Source: Gammaproteobacteria bacterium (GTDB taxonomy: Bacteria; Pseudomonadota; Gammaproteobacteria; VBWC01). Taken from it: 64,000 bases of DNA. A program made the translations under genes and the position numbers. Below the pieces are notes generated by a model. The model did not search any database. It saw only the letters and a list, made by a program, of their open reading frames with translations, and was not told the origin of the DNA. Below are positions 54,395-64,000 of this stretch, piece by piece. Position 1 is the first letter of the stretch, and the number at the start of each line of letters is the position of its first letter. The stretch is taken from positions 271,905 to 335,904 of the forward strand of contig JAHFRU010000001.1 in NCBI GenBank assembly GCA_023266115.1, given 5' to 3'.

Positions 54395-57363
54395 GGTGGC
54401 CGGTCGTGACCCAGACGATATTCGGGCTGATGCTTGCGGTGATTTTGACGTTTCTCTATGTCAAGACCCAGGCCGTCGACATGCATGAGCATAACCGCAA
54501 GACACAGTTGCTCGGTCAGCTCAAGCAGGTCGATGCGAGCCTGAATGGGAACATGCTGAAATCGCGTAACGAATTGCTGCTGCATTACGATCCGCTGGTC
54601 GCGGATATCAATCAACTTAAAGGACTGCTCGGCGAAATCCGTTCCGGGCGGCATGCGATCTACGGCAACAGTTCGGCCGAGATCGATGTGGAAATCGACG
54701 AGATTAGTCGTCTGCTGCTCGACAAGGAGCGCTTTCTCGAGGAATTCAAGTCGCACAACGCGATACTGCGCAACTCGCTGCACTATCTGCCGGCCGCCGG
54801 GGGGCGTCTGCTGAAGAAGCTTTCCGCGCGGAATATCCCGACGCCGCTGGTGACCATGCTGTCGGATGCCTTGAACGATACGCTAAGCTTCAGCATCCTG
54901 TCGACGCCCGAGTTCGCTGCGGAAGTCACCGCCGATATCGAGGCGTTGCGTGCGAATATTACGCGTTTCCCGAATGAATTTGTCCGCGAGATTCAGCATA
55001 TCGGTGAGCATGCCGAGCGTATCGTTATCGAAAAGCCGCTGGTCGATGATTTGATCAACCGGCTGGTGACGATGCCGACAGTACATCGTTTTAACCAGCT
55101 CGGCGCGGCATACAGCAAGTTTCACGAGGCCGTAGTGCAGCGCACCGATGTCTTCCGGCTGTATCTCTATGTGTTCTCGATATTTCTGGTGCTTTATATC
55201 TTTTACGTCATGGTTCAGCTGCGGCGCAAGGCCGCCGAGTTGCAATCTACCGTACAGGAGCTGAATTACCAGAAGTTTGCGCTGGATCAGCATGCGGCCG
55301 TCAGCGTCGCCGACGCGCGCGGCCGGGTGGTGTACGTCAACAATATCTACAGCGAAATGAGCCAATATCCGCGTGACGAGCTGCTCGGCCAGGATCACCG
55401 TATTCTGAATGCGGGTCATCATACGCCTGAAGACTTGGCGGGTGGCTTCTTCAAGGAGATGTCGGACACGATCGCCGGGGGCCGGGTGTGGCGGGGCGAG
55501 ATCAAGAGCCATAAAAAGGATGGCGGTCACTACTGGACCGATACCACGATCGTGCCGTTTGTCGACAATACGGGGCGTCCGTACCAGTACGTTTCGATCC
55601 GTTATGACGTGACCGAGCGCAAGCTGGCCGACGAGGCGCTGTTCGAGGCAAAGGAGCGCGCGCAGACAACGTTGCAGTCGCTGGGCGACGGAGTAATCGC
55701 CACGGACAAGACCGGTCACGTCGAATATCTCAATCCGATCGCGGAGATGCTGACCGGATGGTCCAGCGGCGAAGCGCGGGGACGACCGTTGTTGGTGATT
55801 TTCCCGATCATATACGAAGCGACTAGGGTGCCGGTGGAGGACCCGATCAGGACTATCGTCGAGAAAAAGGAGATTATCCGGTTTGCCGGCGATCTGTTGC
55901 TCACCGGACGGCATGGCAAGGAGTACGCCATCGAGTTGACGGCGGCGCCGATCCGGGACCGCAACACCCTGTTTATCGGCGGTGTGCTGGCATTTCGCGA
56001 TGTAACGGAGATGCGCGGCATGGCGCGCCAGATGAGTCATCAGGCGGCACACGATGCATTGACCGGCCTGGTCAACCGCCGTGAGTTCGAGCGCCGTCTT
56101 GGCCAGTTGCTGAAGAGCGCCAAGGAACGTGATGTTCAGCATGCACTCTGTTACGTCGACCTCGACCAGTTCAAGGTCGTCAACGATACCTGCGGCCATA
56201 TGGCCGGCGACGAATTATTGCGCCAGCTGGCGACTGTGTTGAAAGGCAAGGTACGCGAACGCGATACGCTCGCGCGCCTGGGCGGTGACGAGTTCGGGAT
56301 ATTGCTGGGCGAGTGTTCCATACAGCGCGCCAAGGAAATCGCCGAAGAGATATGCCGCGCGGTCAACGAATTCCGTTATGTCTGGAAAGACCAGATCTGC
56401 GAGATCGGCGCAAGCATCGGCATGGTCCCGATCACGCGCGACAGTGACAGTCTGGCGCAGCTGCTGGGCGCGGCGGACGCGGCCTGTTATGCGGCGAAAG
56501 ATCGCGGCCGCAACCGCGTGCATGTCTACCAGGAGGACGACGCAGAGGTACAGCGGCGCCACGGCGAGATGCTGTGGGTGCCGCGCATCGTGCTCGCGCT
56601 GTCGGAAGGTCGTTTCAGGTTGTATGCGCAGAGCATCCTGCCCGTGAATGGTGATACCGATGAAGGCGATCACTACGAGGTGCTGGTGCGTATGGTCGAC
56701 GAGCAGGGCAAGCTCGTGCAGCCCGACGACTTTCTGCCGGCGGCGGAGCGGTATGATCTGATGCCGGCGATTGATCGCTGGATTATCCGTGCCTTCTTTG
56801 CGATGTACGAGGCTACCTATGGCAACAGCGCGATCAGCCGCCACGATACCGTTGCGCTGAATCTGTCCGGCGCCTCGTTGAACGACGACAAGTTCCTGGA
56901 CTTTTTGTTTGATCTGATCAGCCACCACTCCGTGCCGCCGCACGTGCTGTGTTTCGAGATCACCGAGACCGTCACGATCTCGAATCTGACCAAGGCAACC
57001 GCATTCATGAAGGAGTTGCGCGCCAAGGGTTGCCGGTTTGCACTGGACGATTTCGGCAGCGGTCTGTCGTCATTCGAGTATCTGAAAAACCTGCCGGTCG
57101 ATTACCTGAAGATTGACGGCTGTTTCGTCAAGGAGATGGTCAAGGATTCCATTGACTACGCGATGGTCGCCTCGATCAACCAGATCGGGCATGTCATGGG
57201 GATACAGACCATCGCCGAAAGTGTCGAGAAGAAAATGACGCTCGACAAGCTGGTCGAGATCGGCGTCGATTTCGCCCAGGGTTACCACATCGACAGGCCG
57301 GAACCCCTCGAAGAGTATCTGCAAAAGAAAAAGCGACGCGGGCTGACGCTGATCAAGCGCTGA
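54391..57363 (+). CDS. Membrane sensor-PAS-PAS-GGDEF-EAL protein (diguanylate cyclase/phosphodiesterase)
   Basis: TM1 is followed by a ~200-aa unassigned sensor region and TM2 (VFRLYLYVFSIFLVLYIFYVMV). Two PAS domains, a GGDEF domain (RLGGDEF) and an EAL domain (EALVRM...EITET...DDFGSG) follow. Confidence 0.9.
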   Translation: MRWPVVTQTIFGLMLAVILTFLYVKTQAVDMHEHNRKTQLLGQLKQVDASLNGNMLKSRNELLLHYDPLVADINQLKGLLGEIRSGRHAIYGNSSAEIDVEIDEISRLLLDKERFLEEFKSHNAILRNSLHYLPAAGGRLLKKLSARNIPTPLVTMLSDALNDTLSFSILSTPEFAAEVTADIEALRANITRFPNEFVREIQHIGEHAERIVIEKPLVDDLINRLVTMPTVHRFNQLGAAYSKFHEAVVQRTDVFRLYLYVFSIFLVLYIFYVMVQLRRKAAELQSTVQELNYQKFALDQHAAVSVADARGRVVYVNNIYSEMSQYPRDELLGQDHRILNAGHHTPEDLAGGFFKEMSDTIAGGRVWRGEIKSHKKDGGHYWTDTTIVPFVDNTGRPYQYVSIRYDVTERKLADEALFEAKERAQTTLQSLGDGVIATDKTGHVEYLNPIAEMLTGWSSGEARGRPLLVIFPIIYEATRVPVEDPIRTIVEKKEIIRFAGDLLLTGRHGKEYAIELTAAPIRDRNTLFIGGVLAFRDVTEMRGMARQMSHQAAHDALTGLVNRREFERRLGQLLKSAKERDVQHALCYVDLDQFKVVNDTCGHMAGDELLRQLATVLKGKVRERDTLARLGGDEFGILLGECSIQRAKEIAEEICRAVNEFRYVWKDQICEIGASIGMVPITRDSDSLAQLLGAADAACYAAKDRGRNRVHVYQEDDAEVQRRHGEMLWVPRIVLALSEGRFRLYAQSILPVNGDTDEGDHYEVLVRMVDEQGKLVQPDDFLPAAERYDLMPAIDRWIIRAFFAMYEATYGNSAISRHDTVALNLSGASLNDDKFLDFLFDLISHHSVPPHVLCFEITETVTISNLTKATAFMKELRAKGCRFALDDFGSGLSSFEYLKNLPVDYLKIDGCFVKEMVKDSIDYAMVASINQIGHVMGIQTIAESVEKKMTLDKLVEIGVDFAQGYHIDRPEPLEEYLQKKKRRGLTLIKR

Positions 57364-57468
57364 CGGCCGGGATGTTCCAGCGCTGGTCGTCGTGTTCCGG
57401 GCCGCTGTCGGCGGTATAATACCCGTACACTGCTTTTGTCGAATCCATCAGCCGAAAAAGGAGTAGTA

Positions 57469-57852
57469 GTGCGTATTCTCCATACCATGCTGCGTGTGCG
57501 CGACCTTGAACGTTCGCTCGAATTTTATACCGACGTGCTGGGCATGCGGTTACTGCGTCGGCAGGAATACCCGGGTGGCAGATTCACGCTGGCCTTTGTC
57601 GGCTACGGCGAGGAGGCTGCCACCGCGGTGGTTGAATTGACGCACAACTGGGACGTGTCGGACTACCAGATGGGCGATGCGTTCGGCCACATCGCGATAG
57701 GCGTCGACGATGTTTACGCCGCCTGTGACGATATCAAACGGCGCGGCGGCAAGGTGGTCCGTGAGGCCGGGCCGATGAAAAACGGCACGACCGTGATCGC
57801 CTTCGTCGAAGATCCCGATGGCTACAAAATCGAATTCATTGGCCGGACCTGA
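57469..57852 (+). CDS. gloA: Lactoylglutathione lyase (glyoxalase I)
   Basis: An AAGGAG RBS lies 5 nt before a GTG start. The sequence (M)[25 protein letters not shown]...[18 protein letters not shown] is canonical GloA. The ORF-track TTG start at 57436 is over-extended. Confidence 0.9.
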   Translation: MRILHTMLRVRDLERSLEFYTDVLGMRLLRRQEYPGGRFTLAFVGYGEEAATAVVELTHNWDVSDYQMGDAFGHIAIGVDDVYAACDDIKRRGGKVVREAGPMKNGTTVIAFVEDPDGYKIEFIGRT

Positions 57853-57861
57853 CGCAACGGA

Positions 57862-58281
57862 GTGACGACAGCGATGAGACGAAACGTACCCGGTATTTTC
57901 GTGGTGATGACGGCCGGCATGCTGTCGTTGGCCTGTTCCGACAAGGGACAGCAGCGCGAGGTTGATGGCATGAGTTTATCGGTGTTTTCCCGGCCAGCGG
58001 TATTCGAGGTCGGAAGCAATGCGGAGATTACCGCAACATTGCAGCGCAACGGTAAACCGGCAGGCGACTGCAGTTTGCGCGTGCGGCAGTATATGCCGGG
58101 TATGGAGATGGGTGCCGATGCGGCGTGGCATACGATGGAACCCGACCGCTCAGCCGGGAAATTCCGCGCGACGACCGGCGAGTTTTCTATGGGCGGTGAC
58201 TGGGAGCTCGAATTCGCGATTGAATGCGGCGAGGTCACCCGAAAGGCTGCGTTTCGCTATACCCTTGAGTGGCCCGAGTAA
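57862..58281 (+). CDS. Lipoprotein, FixH/YtkA-like beta-sandwich candidate
   Basis: A signal and lipobox LSLACS are present. It is a 139-aa beta-rich protein carrying GDWEL. Confidence 0.45.
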   Translation: MTTAMRRNVPGIFVVMTAGMLSLACSDKGQQREVDGMSLSVFSRPAVFEVGSNAEITATLQRNGKPAGDCSLRVRQYMPGMEMGADAAWHTMEPDRSAGKFRATTGEFSMGGDWELEFAIECGEVTRKAAFRYTLEWPE

Positions 58282-58313
58282 GTAATCGTCCTGGCAGTGA
58301 GTGGACCGCTTGA

Positions 58314-58739
58314 TTACAGCAGGCGCTTTAAACCTTCCAGATAACGTCGCTCGTCCGGCGCTGTTCCGCCGCGGTTTGCTTCCCATAAAGTTTCACCCAG
58401 GCACTCCATCATCAGGTGCTCGGCGTCGTGCTCGTTACCAGCGCGCATGACCAGTCGACGGTAAACCGGGCCGATTCCCGCGGGTCGGTCCGTGGTTATC
58501 TGTTCGTGCAGGGTAATGTGCATGCCCATATGCAGGAAGGGATTCGATTCGCCTATTTCAGGCGCGTAGTCGCGCTCGATAGCGGCTTCCGGACGCGCAA
58601 GAATGGCGTGGTACTCGGGATGCTGTGCGATGACGGCGGCCACCAGCTGCTCGAGCGGTTCGAGCGGCTGCGCGTCACGATGCTTGCGCCACGCATCCAG
58701 ATAGAACTGCCGCAGTTCGTTACGATTGCGCCCGTACAT
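58314..58739 (-). CDS. DUF1841-family protein
   Basis: MYGRNRNELRQFYLDAWRKHRDAQPLEPLEQLVAAVIAQHPEYH... matches the conserved DUF1841 N-terminus. Confidence 0.7.
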   Translation of the reverse strand: MYGRNRNELRQFYLDAWRKHRDAQPLEPLEQLVAAVIAQHPEYHAILARPEAAIERDYAPEIGESNPFLHMGMHITLHEQITTDRPAGIGPVYRRLVMRAGNEHDAEHLMMECLGETLWEANRGGTAPDERRYLEGLKRLL

Positions 58740-59409
58740 CGCCGGTGATGTGCCGTTTGCCTGCGGACGTCGGTTCGGAAATACGTTTGCCGCGGTATTC
58801 GCACAGATCGTTGATCAGACATTCCCCGCAGCGGGGGTTGCGTGCCGTGCAGACGTAACGGCCCTGCAGTATCAGCCAGTGGTGTGCGTCAGGTTTGAAC
58901 TCATCGGGCACGAACTTCAGCAGTTTTCTTTCCACTTCGGCGACCGTCTTGCCCGGTGCCAGGCCGGTGCGATTGGCGAGACGGAAAATATGCGTATCGA
59001 CCGCGATCGTCGGATGACCAAATATGGTGTTCAGTATGACGTTGGCGGTTTTTCGGCCGACGCCGGGCAGTGCTTCCAGCGCCGCCCGGTCTTCCGGCAC
59101 CTTGCCGTGATGTTGCTGCAGCAGGATCTCGCAGGTACGGATGATGTTGCTGGCCTTGGTGTTAAACAGGCCGATTGTGTTGATATATTGTTTTAATCCG
59201 CTTACACCGAGCGCCGCGATGGCCCGCGGCGTAGCGGCGGCGCGGAACAGTTTATCGGTGGCCTTGTTAACGCCCTTGTCGGTCGCCTGCGCTGACAGGA
59301 TGACCGCCACCAACAGTTGAAACGGCGTGCGGTAATGAAGTTCCGTGGTCGGCCTGGCGTTTGCCTGGCGCCAGCGCGTAAATATTTCGATCCGCTTCTG
59401 CCTGTTCAT
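58720..59409 (-). CDS. nth: Endonuclease III (DNA glycosylase/AP lyase)
   Basis: The helix-hairpin-helix region reads LLVAVILSAQATDKGVNKAT. Downstream sequence is ...LPGVGRKTANVIL... The C-terminal [4Fe-4S] cluster reads CTARNPRCGECLINDLC. The preferred start is MNRQKRIEIF. Confidence 0.9.
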   Translation of the reverse strand: MNRQKRIEIFTRWRQANARPTTELHYRTPFQLLVAVILSAQATDKGVNKATDKLFRAAATPRAIAALGVSGLKQYINTIGLFNTKASNIIRTCEILLQQHHGKVPEDRAALEALPGVGRKTANVILNTIFGHPTIAVDTHIFRLANRTGLAPGKTVAEVERKLLKFVPDEFKPDAHHWLILQGRYVCTARNPRCGECLINDLCEYRGKRISEPTSAGKRHITGDVRAQS

Positions 59410-59460
59410 GGCCATCAATCATCAATGATGTGCCGGCACCCGGGCAGGTACCGCGTGGGT

Positions 59461-60159
59461 TCAGGTCGGGGCCGGGACCGCGCCCGGATGAGCGCGGCCA
59501 ATCACCGTCGCCGGCTGCTTCTTGCCGCGCGCGTCGATGAAGTTCTTCAACGCGACCAGCAGGCCGAGGCCGATGAACGCGCCGGGCGGCAGTATCGCCA
59601 GCAGAAAGCCGTGGTAGTCATGGATGACCGTGACCGTGAGCCAGCTAGCCGATTCACCGAACATCATTTCTGCCTGTGCAAACAGTGTTCCTTGGCCCAG
59701 TACCTCGCGCATGGCCCCCAGTACCACCAGCACCGCGAGAAATCCCGAGCCTATCGCCAGACCGTCAATGGCTGACGGCACCACGCTGTTCTTGAACGCG
59801 AATGCTTCGGCACGCGCAATAATATTGCAATTGGTCACGATCAGCGCGATAAAAATACCCAGGACACTGTATAGCTCGTGAAAATACGCGTTCATCGCCA
59901 GTTCGATAGCGGTGACAATGGATGCGATGACCAGCACGAAGATGGGAATCCGTATTTCCGGCCGCGTTTGATGCCTGATCAGCGACACGGCGACATTGGA
60001 CAGTACGAGCGTCATTAATGTCGCGATCCCGAGGCCGAGTCCGTTGACCACTGACGACGTGACTGCAAGCAGCGGGCACAGACCCAGTATCTGGACCAGC
60101 GCGGCATTGTTGTGCCACAGTCCGTCGCGGGTAATCTGGGCGAGGTCGGTATTACTCAC
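59461..60159 (-). CDS. rnfE: Rnf/Rsx electron transport complex subunit E
   Basis: The sequence reads [28 protein letters not shown] start overlaps the rnfG stop (GTGAGTAA). Confidence 0.9.
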   Translation of the reverse strand: MSNTDLAQITRDGLWHNNAALVQILGLCPLLAVTSSVVNGLGLGIATLMTLVLSNVAVSLIRHQTRPEIRIPIFVLVIASIVTAIELAMNAYFHELYSVLGIFIALIVTNCNIIARAEAFAFKNSVVPSAIDGLAIGSGFLAVLVVLGAMREVLGQGTLFAQAEMMFGESASWLTVTVIHDYHGFLLAILPPGAFIGLGLLVALKNFIDARGKKQPATVIGRAHPGAVPAPT

Positions 60160-60811
60160 TTTCGTTGTCCACCGTGTCTTCGAGGATGGTCGCGACGCGC
60201 GGATTGAACAACCCATCGCGATTGATGATGAAGTATTGTAAACATTTATAGACCGCCTTGACTATAGCGCGCGGCGTAATGGTCGCGCCGGTAAACTGGT
60301 CGAAAACGCCGCCGTCGCGTTTAACCGCCCATTCGCGACTGTCGGTCGTATACAGCGAATGGCCTGCAAAACTATTGATCCAGGTGCTGCGCCTTATTTC
60401 GATCTTGTCGCCCAATCCCGGTGTTTCCTTGTGGGAAACCACGCGTGCGCCCATGACGGTACCGTCGTAATTGATCGCGACCAGCAACCTGATTTCGCCG
60501 CTGTAACCGTCCGGTGCCGATGGAGTCATCACGGCCGCTACCGGGACACCGTCCATGCGCGCGCGGTATACGGTTACCGGTGTACTGGTGCCGAGCAGCG
60601 CTTCCGACCGTACCAGTAACGTGTCCGTCACAAGTTCATTGTTATAAAGCGACGGCGGAACCAGAACATTGAGGGTTTTCAGCAAGTCCTCGCGCTCTTT
60701 CAGCAGAATGAGATCTTTGGTATTCCCGAAGGTGATGGCAACAATGGCCGTTCCGGCGATCCCGAACAGCCCCAGCGCCAACCCTGCGATCATCATGGAT
60801 TTGCGTAGCAC
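60152..60811 (-). CDS. rnfG: Rnf/Rsx electron transport complex subunit G
   Basis: An N-terminal TM helix is followed by an FMN-binding domain (...[14 protein letters not shown]). Confidence 0.9.
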   Translation of the reverse strand: MLRKSMMIAGLALGLFGIAGTAIVAITFGNTKDLILLKEREDLLKTLNVLVPPSLYNNELVTDTLLVRSEALLGTSTPVTVYRARMDGVPVAAVMTPSAPDGYSGEIRLLVAINYDGTVMGARVVSHKETPGLGDKIEIRRSTWINSFAGHSLYTTDSREWAVKRDGGVFDQFTGATITPRAIVKAVYKCLQYFIINRDGLFNPRVATILEDTVDNESE

Positions 60812-60815
60812 GGCA

Positions 60816-61853
60816 CTACTTCCGGTCGTGACCGAAAACGCGCGGTCTGAAGTAGTAGTCGATGGTTGGTGCGGTCATGTTCATCAGCAGCACCGCGAAT
60901 GCCACGCCGTCCGGGTAGCCGCCCCAGGCGCGGATCACGTACACCAGTATGCCGATGCCGGCGGCGTAGACGAGCCGTCCGGGATTGGTGGTCGCGGCGC
61001 TGACCGGGTCGGTCGCGATAAAGAATGCGCCGAGCATCGTCGCGCCGCTGACGAGATGAAACCACGGCGTCGCGTGGGTATTGGCATCGATCAGATAAAA
61101 AATCTCGGCGATAGTAAACAGCGCACCGAGCATGGCGGCCGGAATATGCCAGCTGATGACCTTCATGTAGATCAGCCACAGTCCGCCGATCAGGAATCCG
61201 CCGCTGATCCACTCCCAGCCCTTGCCGCCGATATTGCCGAATATCGGGCTGGTGGCAATGACGTTGCTCACGGTTTGATCGAGCAATAGCTGCGTTTTCA
61301 GCGTATCCAGCGGCGAGGCCATGGTGAACGCGTCTATCGGCAGGCCCTCGGGCAGGCGGCCCGCAAAGATCGCGCTAGCGGCGTCAATAAGCCCGAGCTT
61401 GACCTCGAGCAGCATTTGCGGCGCTGTCCATGAGGTCATTTCCAGCGGAAAGGAGATCAGCAGCATCACATAACCGAGCATCGCCGGATTGAACGGGTTG
61501 TAGCCGAGGCCACCGTACAACTGTTTGCCGATGACGATGGCGAACGCAGTGCCGCATAACGTGAGCCACCATGGCGACAGCGGCGGCAACGCCAGTGCCA
61601 GCAACATGGCCGTTACCACCGCACTGCCGTCGGTAATGAACGGCCAGACCGGGCGGGAGCGCGCACGCAGCACTGCGCCTTCGCAAACCAGCGCAACCAC
61701 GCATGCCAGCAGGATATTGATGGCCACGCCCCAGCCGAAGAAATAGATATAGGCCGCAATCCCCGGGATCAGCGCGTAGATCACGCGCAGCATGACACGC
61801 GTGACCGACGTGCGTGCGTGACCGTGCGGCGAGGTGGGGGAGTCAAATTGCAT
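60816..61853 (-). CDS. rnfD: Rnf/Rsx electron transport complex subunit D
   Basis: The sequence VMLRVIYALIPGIAAYIYFFGWG... matches RnfD/NqrB-like polytopic membrane proteins. Confidence 0.9.
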   Translation of the reverse strand: MQFDSPTSPHGHARTSVTRVMLRVIYALIPGIAAYIYFFGWGVAINILLACVVALVCEGAVLRARSRPVWPFITDGSAVVTAMLLALALPPLSPWWLTLCGTAFAIVIGKQLYGGLGYNPFNPAMLGYVMLLISFPLEMTSWTAPQMLLEVKLGLIDAASAIFAGRLPEGLPIDAFTMASPLDTLKTQLLLDQTVSNVIATSPIFGNIGGKGWEWISGGFLIGGLWLIYMKVISWHIPAAMLGALFTIAEIFYLIDANTHATPWFHLVSGATMLGAFFIATDPVSAATTNPGRLVYAAGIGILVYVIRAWGGYPDGVAFAVLLMNMTAPTIDYYFRPRVFGHDRK

Positions 61854-61871
61854 AACGGATCCGGGTCGTAC

Positions 61872-63404
61872 TCAGTCGTTGTCGACGGCTTCTTCGGTGT
61901 GCGGCGTGTTGTCCTGGTTCTTTGCCAGCGAGGCCTTCTTCAGCCGACGCCTGGCCTCGCGCTCTGCCTTTTCCCGGGCCAGGCGGTCCAGACGGAACTC
62001 GTGGCGTTGCCGGGCGATGTCGGCCTGTTCATGTTCGCGCTCTTTGATCCAGATCGCGCCTTTGGCGTAGCGATAGTATTGCACGAGCGGGATATTGCTG
62101 GGGCAGACATAGGAGCAACAGCCGCACTCGATGCAGTCGAACAGATTGTACTCCTGTACCTTGTCCAGATCGTTGGTATGCGCGTACCAGTACAGTTGTT
62201 GCGGCAGCAGCATCACCGGGCAGGCGTCGGCACAGGCGCCGCAGCGTATGCACGGCATCACCGGCCGCGGCGGCACGATATCGGCCTCGGTGGCAGCGAT
62301 GATGCAATTGGTGGTTTTGATGACCGGCACGGCGTCCGAATGCAGCGCGTAGCCCATCATCGGACCGCCCATGACCAGGCGCTTGACCGCCGCCGGATCG
62401 CCGCCGCACTGGATGATCAGATCACGGACGGGCGTGCCGAACGCCACGTCGAGATTGCGCGGCTGGCTGACGCCGCCGCCGGTGACCGTGACGTAACGCG
62501 ACACCAGCGGCTGGCCGTCCTGCACTGCCCGGTGTACCGCCAGCGCGGTCGCGACGTTGTGACAGACGATGCCGATATGGATAGCCAGGCCGTTCGCCGG
62601 GACCTCTTTGCCGGTGATCACCCTGATCAACTGCTTCTCGCCGCCTTGCGGGTAAACCGTCGGGCACAGTATTACATCGATTCCTGCCTCGTGCAGCGCA
62701 GCGTCGTGCAGCGCCCGGAAGGCCTCCGGTTTGTTGTCCTCGATCGCGATGACACATACACGCGCCTGTAAGGCATGCTGCATCACGCGCAGCCCGGCGA
62801 TGATCTCGCGCGGGTATTCACGCATCAGCATGTCGTCGCAGGTGATATAGGGTTCGCACTCGATACCGTTGAGGATCAGCGTGTCGATCCCGTCGAGTTT
62901 GCCGGGGTTCAGCTTGATATAGGACGGAAAGCCCGCGCCGCCAAGGCCGACGATGCCGGCATCGCGAATCAGGTTGCGCAATGCGCTGGGCGCCAGTTGC
63001 AGGTAATCGCCGACGCGCGGATGCTCAAGCCCGCGATCTTCGCCGTCCGGTTCGATGACGATGCAGGTGGCGTTCAGGCCCGACGGGTGTGGCACTGCGT
63101 AGTCGCCGATATCGACTACCGTGCCGGAGGTGGAGGCATGCACCGGCGCGCTGAGGAACTCCTGGGCGCGCCCGATCATCTGTCCCTTGAGCACCTTGTC
63201 GCCGACCTGCACGATCGGCTCGGCCGGTTCGCCAATATGCTGGTGCAGCGGCAATATCAATCGCTCCGGCAGCTTGGCGCGGATCACCGGCAGGTTGGTC
63301 GATTCGTGTTTATGCTGTGGCGGATGGATGCCCCCGTGAAATGACCAGAGACGCCGTTGCCCATGCAGGATATCGACACCGTCGTGGTATAGGTTGGCGC
63401 TCAA
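61872..63404 (-). CDS. rnfC: Rnf/Rsx electron transport complex subunit C
   Basis: The N-terminus reads SFHGGIHPP. The NADH/FMN-binding region reads [13 protein letters not shown]. Two 4Fe-4S ferredoxin motifs follow ([12 protein letters not shown]; [13 protein letters not shown]). Confidence 0.9.
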   Translation of the reverse strand: MSANLYHDGVDILHGQRRLWSFHGGIHPPQHKHESTNLPVIRAKLPERLILPLHQHIGEPAEPIVQVGDKVLKGQMIGRAQEFLSAPVHASTSGTVVDIGDYAVPHPSGLNATCIVIEPDGEDRGLEHPRVGDYLQLAPSALRNLIRDAGIVGLGGAGFPSYIKLNPGKLDGIDTLILNGIECEPYITCDDMLMREYPREIIAGLRVMQHALQARVCVIAIEDNKPEAFRALHDAALHEAGIDVILCPTVYPQGGEKQLIRVITGKEVPANGLAIHIGIVCHNVATALAVHRAVQDGQPLVSRYVTVTGGGVSQPRNLDVAFGTPVRDLIIQCGGDPAAVKRLVMGGPMMGYALHSDAVPVIKTTNCIIAATEADIVPPRPVMPCIRCGACADACPVMLLPQQLYWYAHTNDLDKVQEYNLFDCIECGCCSYVCPSNIPLVQYYRYAKGAIWIKEREHEQADIARQRHEFRLDRLAREKAEREARRRLKKASLAKNQDNTPHTEEAVDND

Positions 63405-63958
63405 CGGTAGCTCCCGGCTATCCTGGCTTTTTCCGGAGCCGGCCAGCGCCAGCTATCGATCGTTTGCGCGATCGGCACCATGCTAATGCAATCCACCGGG
63501 CAGGGCGCGACACACAGATCGCAGCCCGTGCACTCTTGCTCGATCACCGTGTGCATCTGCTTCGCCGCACCGAGAATGGCGTCGACCGGGCACGCCTGTA
63601 TGCACAGCGTGCAGCCGATGCACCGCGGCTCGTCGATCGCGGCCACCATTTTTTCCTTGACCTGCCCGTTTTCAGGGTTCAGCGGCTTCGGGTCGCGGCC
63701 GAGCAGATCGGCGAGCGCGAGTATGCCGGCCTCACCGCCCGGCGGGCACTGGTTGATATCGGCCGCACCACTGGCGATCGCGGTGGCATACGGTCGGCAT
63801 CCGGGATAGCCGCACTGTCCGCACTGTGTCTGGGGCAGAATCGCGTCGATCTTGTCGACCAGCGGATCGCCCTCGACCTTGAAGCGAACGGCGGCAAAGC
63901 CCAGCAGCAGGCCGAACACGACCGACATGACGCCCAGTGAGAGTACGGCTGCAAGCAT
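63401..63958 (-). CDS. rnfB: Rnf/Rsx electron transport complex subunit B
   Basis: The N-terminal cluster reads [14 protein letters not shown]. Ferredoxin motifs are [12 protein letters not shown] and [12 protein letters not shown]. An ATGA overlap links it to rnfC. Confidence 0.9.
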   Translation of the reverse strand: MLAAVLSLGVMSVVFGLLLGFAAVRFKVEGDPLVDKIDAILPQTQCGQCGYPGCRPYATAIASGAADINQCPPGGEAGILALADLLGRDPKPLNPENGQVKEKMVAAIDEPRCIGCTLCIQACPVDAILGAAKQMHTVIEQECTGCDLCVAPCPVDCISMVPIAQTIDSWRWPAPEKARIAGSYR

Positions 63959-63961
63959 TGA

Positions 63962-64000
63962 ATCAGCCTCGGACCAGACCCGCGAAACCCATGAAGGCCA
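63962..64000 (-). CDS. rnfA: Rnf/Rsx subunit A, C-terminal end (partial; gene continues beyond the window end)
   Basis: The reverse-strand frame reads ...[11 protein letters not shown] with a stop at 63962-63964, directly upstream of rnfB. This is consistent with rnfABCDGE order. Confidence 0.5.

Noticed and set aside
57436-57468. TTG-initiated N-terminal extension of gloA ([11 protein letters not shown]...)
   Set aside because: A canonical AAGGAG RBS sits 5 nt before the GTG at 57469. Homologues begin MR(I/L)LHTML. The extension is an artefact of longest-ORF calling.

Overview
The window is a high-GC (~62-65%) chromosomal segment from a Gram-negative, probably gammaproteobacterial, genome. 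It reads as core chromosome rather than a plasmid or phage. I found no rRNA or tRNA genes and no CRISPR array. From the sequence I identify, in order: (1) A six-gene glycan-tailoring operon on the minus strand (2280-8626). It encodes an ATP-grasp ligase, two DegT-family aminotransferases, a TauD-like dioxygenase, a GT4 glycosyltransferase and a PglC/WbaP-type initiating sugar transferase. It sits next to an OmpA-family protein with TSP3 repeats. (2) An M17 leucyl aminopeptidase. (3) A pyruvate-dehydrogenase-type locus with separate E1 alpha and beta subunits. After a 540-bp repeat-filled spacer comes a single 1007-aa ORF. That ORF fuses a complete E2 (two lipoyl domains, an E3-binding domain and the acyltransferase core) to a complete E3 (dihydrolipoamide dehydrogenase). 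This fusion is the most unusual object in the window. (4) Many cyclic-nucleotide signalling genes. These are a 1356-aa protein with seven PAS domains plus GGDEF and EAL domains, a 990-aa sensor-PAS-GGDEF-EAL protein, a CHASE2 adenylate cyclase and a stand-alone cNMP-binding protein. (5) A ~780-bp low-GC islet carrying an XRE-type HTH regulator and a 147-aa nuclease-like ORF, with palindromic operators in its promoter. (6) At least three families of miniature inverted-repeat and REP-like elements scattered through intergenic DNA. Two inverted copies of a ~210-230-bp element bracket a 5.1-kb block (GH13 enzyme, a broken outer-membrane-protein gene, YkgJ, YaeQ). Two direct copies of a ~110-bp element bracket the giant PAS-GGDEF-EAL gene. 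(7) A three-gene secreted module (43909-46351) with a lipoprotein carrying two pre-peptidase C-terminal (PPC) domains, a secreted hypothetical and a minimal metzincin. (8) Housekeeping genes: cspA with a clean terminator, two MscS-family channels, argG, a di-haem cytochrome c peroxidase, gloA, nth and the rnfABCDGE operon at the 3' end. The supplied ORF track allows GTG and TTG starts and reports the longest ORF, so several 5' ends are over-extended. Many long antisense ORFs in GC-rich genes are spurious.
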